NCBI RefSeq assembly: GCF_006345805.1
Contig: NC_043012.1
Location: 6,200,001 to 6,264,000, forward strand
Length of the DNA stretch: 64,000 bases
DNA from: Octopus sinensis
Lineage: Eukaryota
Direction: 5' to 3'
Both the position numbers and the translations under genes were made by a program. Below are positions 63,802 through 64,000 of this stretch, in pieces. The notes beneath the pieces are model-generated. The model had not been told where the DNA came from. It saw only the letters and a list, made by a program, of their open reading frames with translations, and did not search any database. Position 1 is the first letter of the stretch; the number at the start of each line of letters is the position of its first letter.

Positions 63802-64000
63802 CCGGTTTGTTTGGTCAGACAATCATATCTCCAGCTGCTTCAGATGCCAAGCTATCGAAAATAGTCTTAAGTGCAGTACAATGGTTTAGCATTTTCAAAA
63901 CTGTAGTAAGTCCCAAATATGACAGTTTTGCAAAAATATTTCTGACTGAAAATATCATACATGCATGGAGTTACGATTTTATGCACCCAACAAAGTATTA
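63802..64000 (+). CDS. Candidate host exon resembling an ANF-receptor-type (family C GPCR / receptor guanylyl cyclase) ligand-binding domain
   Basis: Stop-free frame 63735-64000: AGLFGQTIISPAASDAKLSKIVLSAVQWFSIFKTVVSPKYDSFAKIFLTENIIHAWSYDF; acceptor-like ttgcttggaatAG at 63801; alternative donor GTA|gtaagt at 63905. Confidence 0.35.

Noticed and set aside
1-64000. Most ORFs in the supplied track (poly-His, poly-Ile/Tyr, Cys-Val, Thr-His runs; SINE-derived and LINE-antisense ORFs)
   Set aside because: They are translations of microsatellites, SINEs or the antisense strand of RT genes and recur with the repeats.

Overview
Eukaryotic, AT-rich DNA almost entirely made of repeats. The repeat families and microsatellite load suggest an octopus (coleoid cephalopod) genome; this is inferred from sequence style only. 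No intact host gene, rRNA, true tRNA or CRISPR array is supported, and nearly all ORFs in the supplied track are microsatellite or antisense artefacts. Supported content: (1) RTE-clade LINEs, including a full-length but frameshifted copy at about 53664-59999 (APE + RT, tandem 5' UTR monomers, nested self-insertion) and 5'-truncated copies; (2) two degenerate mariner elements, one with a 1.6 kb satellite that appears to have grown from its own transposase sequence; (3) Tc1/mariner, piggyBac and Helitron-type non-autonomous elements; (4) R4/Dong-like, other RLE-type and Tx1-like LINE fragments; (5) at least four tRNA-headed SINE families; (6) several long inverted repeats. The most interesting signal is a set of type I hammerhead-ribozyme motifs (49899-49944, 37730-37764, 43132-43179 plus an inverted copy, 35376-35436) in short Penelope/retrozyme-like elements with fold-back ends. 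Three share a CCGAUGA core variant, and one has a junction implying a circular or tandem template of about 365 nt. A stop-free frame at the right edge (63735-64000) resembles an ANF-receptor-type ligand-binding domain by eye and may be a host exon. Many repeat boundaries are approximate to tens of bases.
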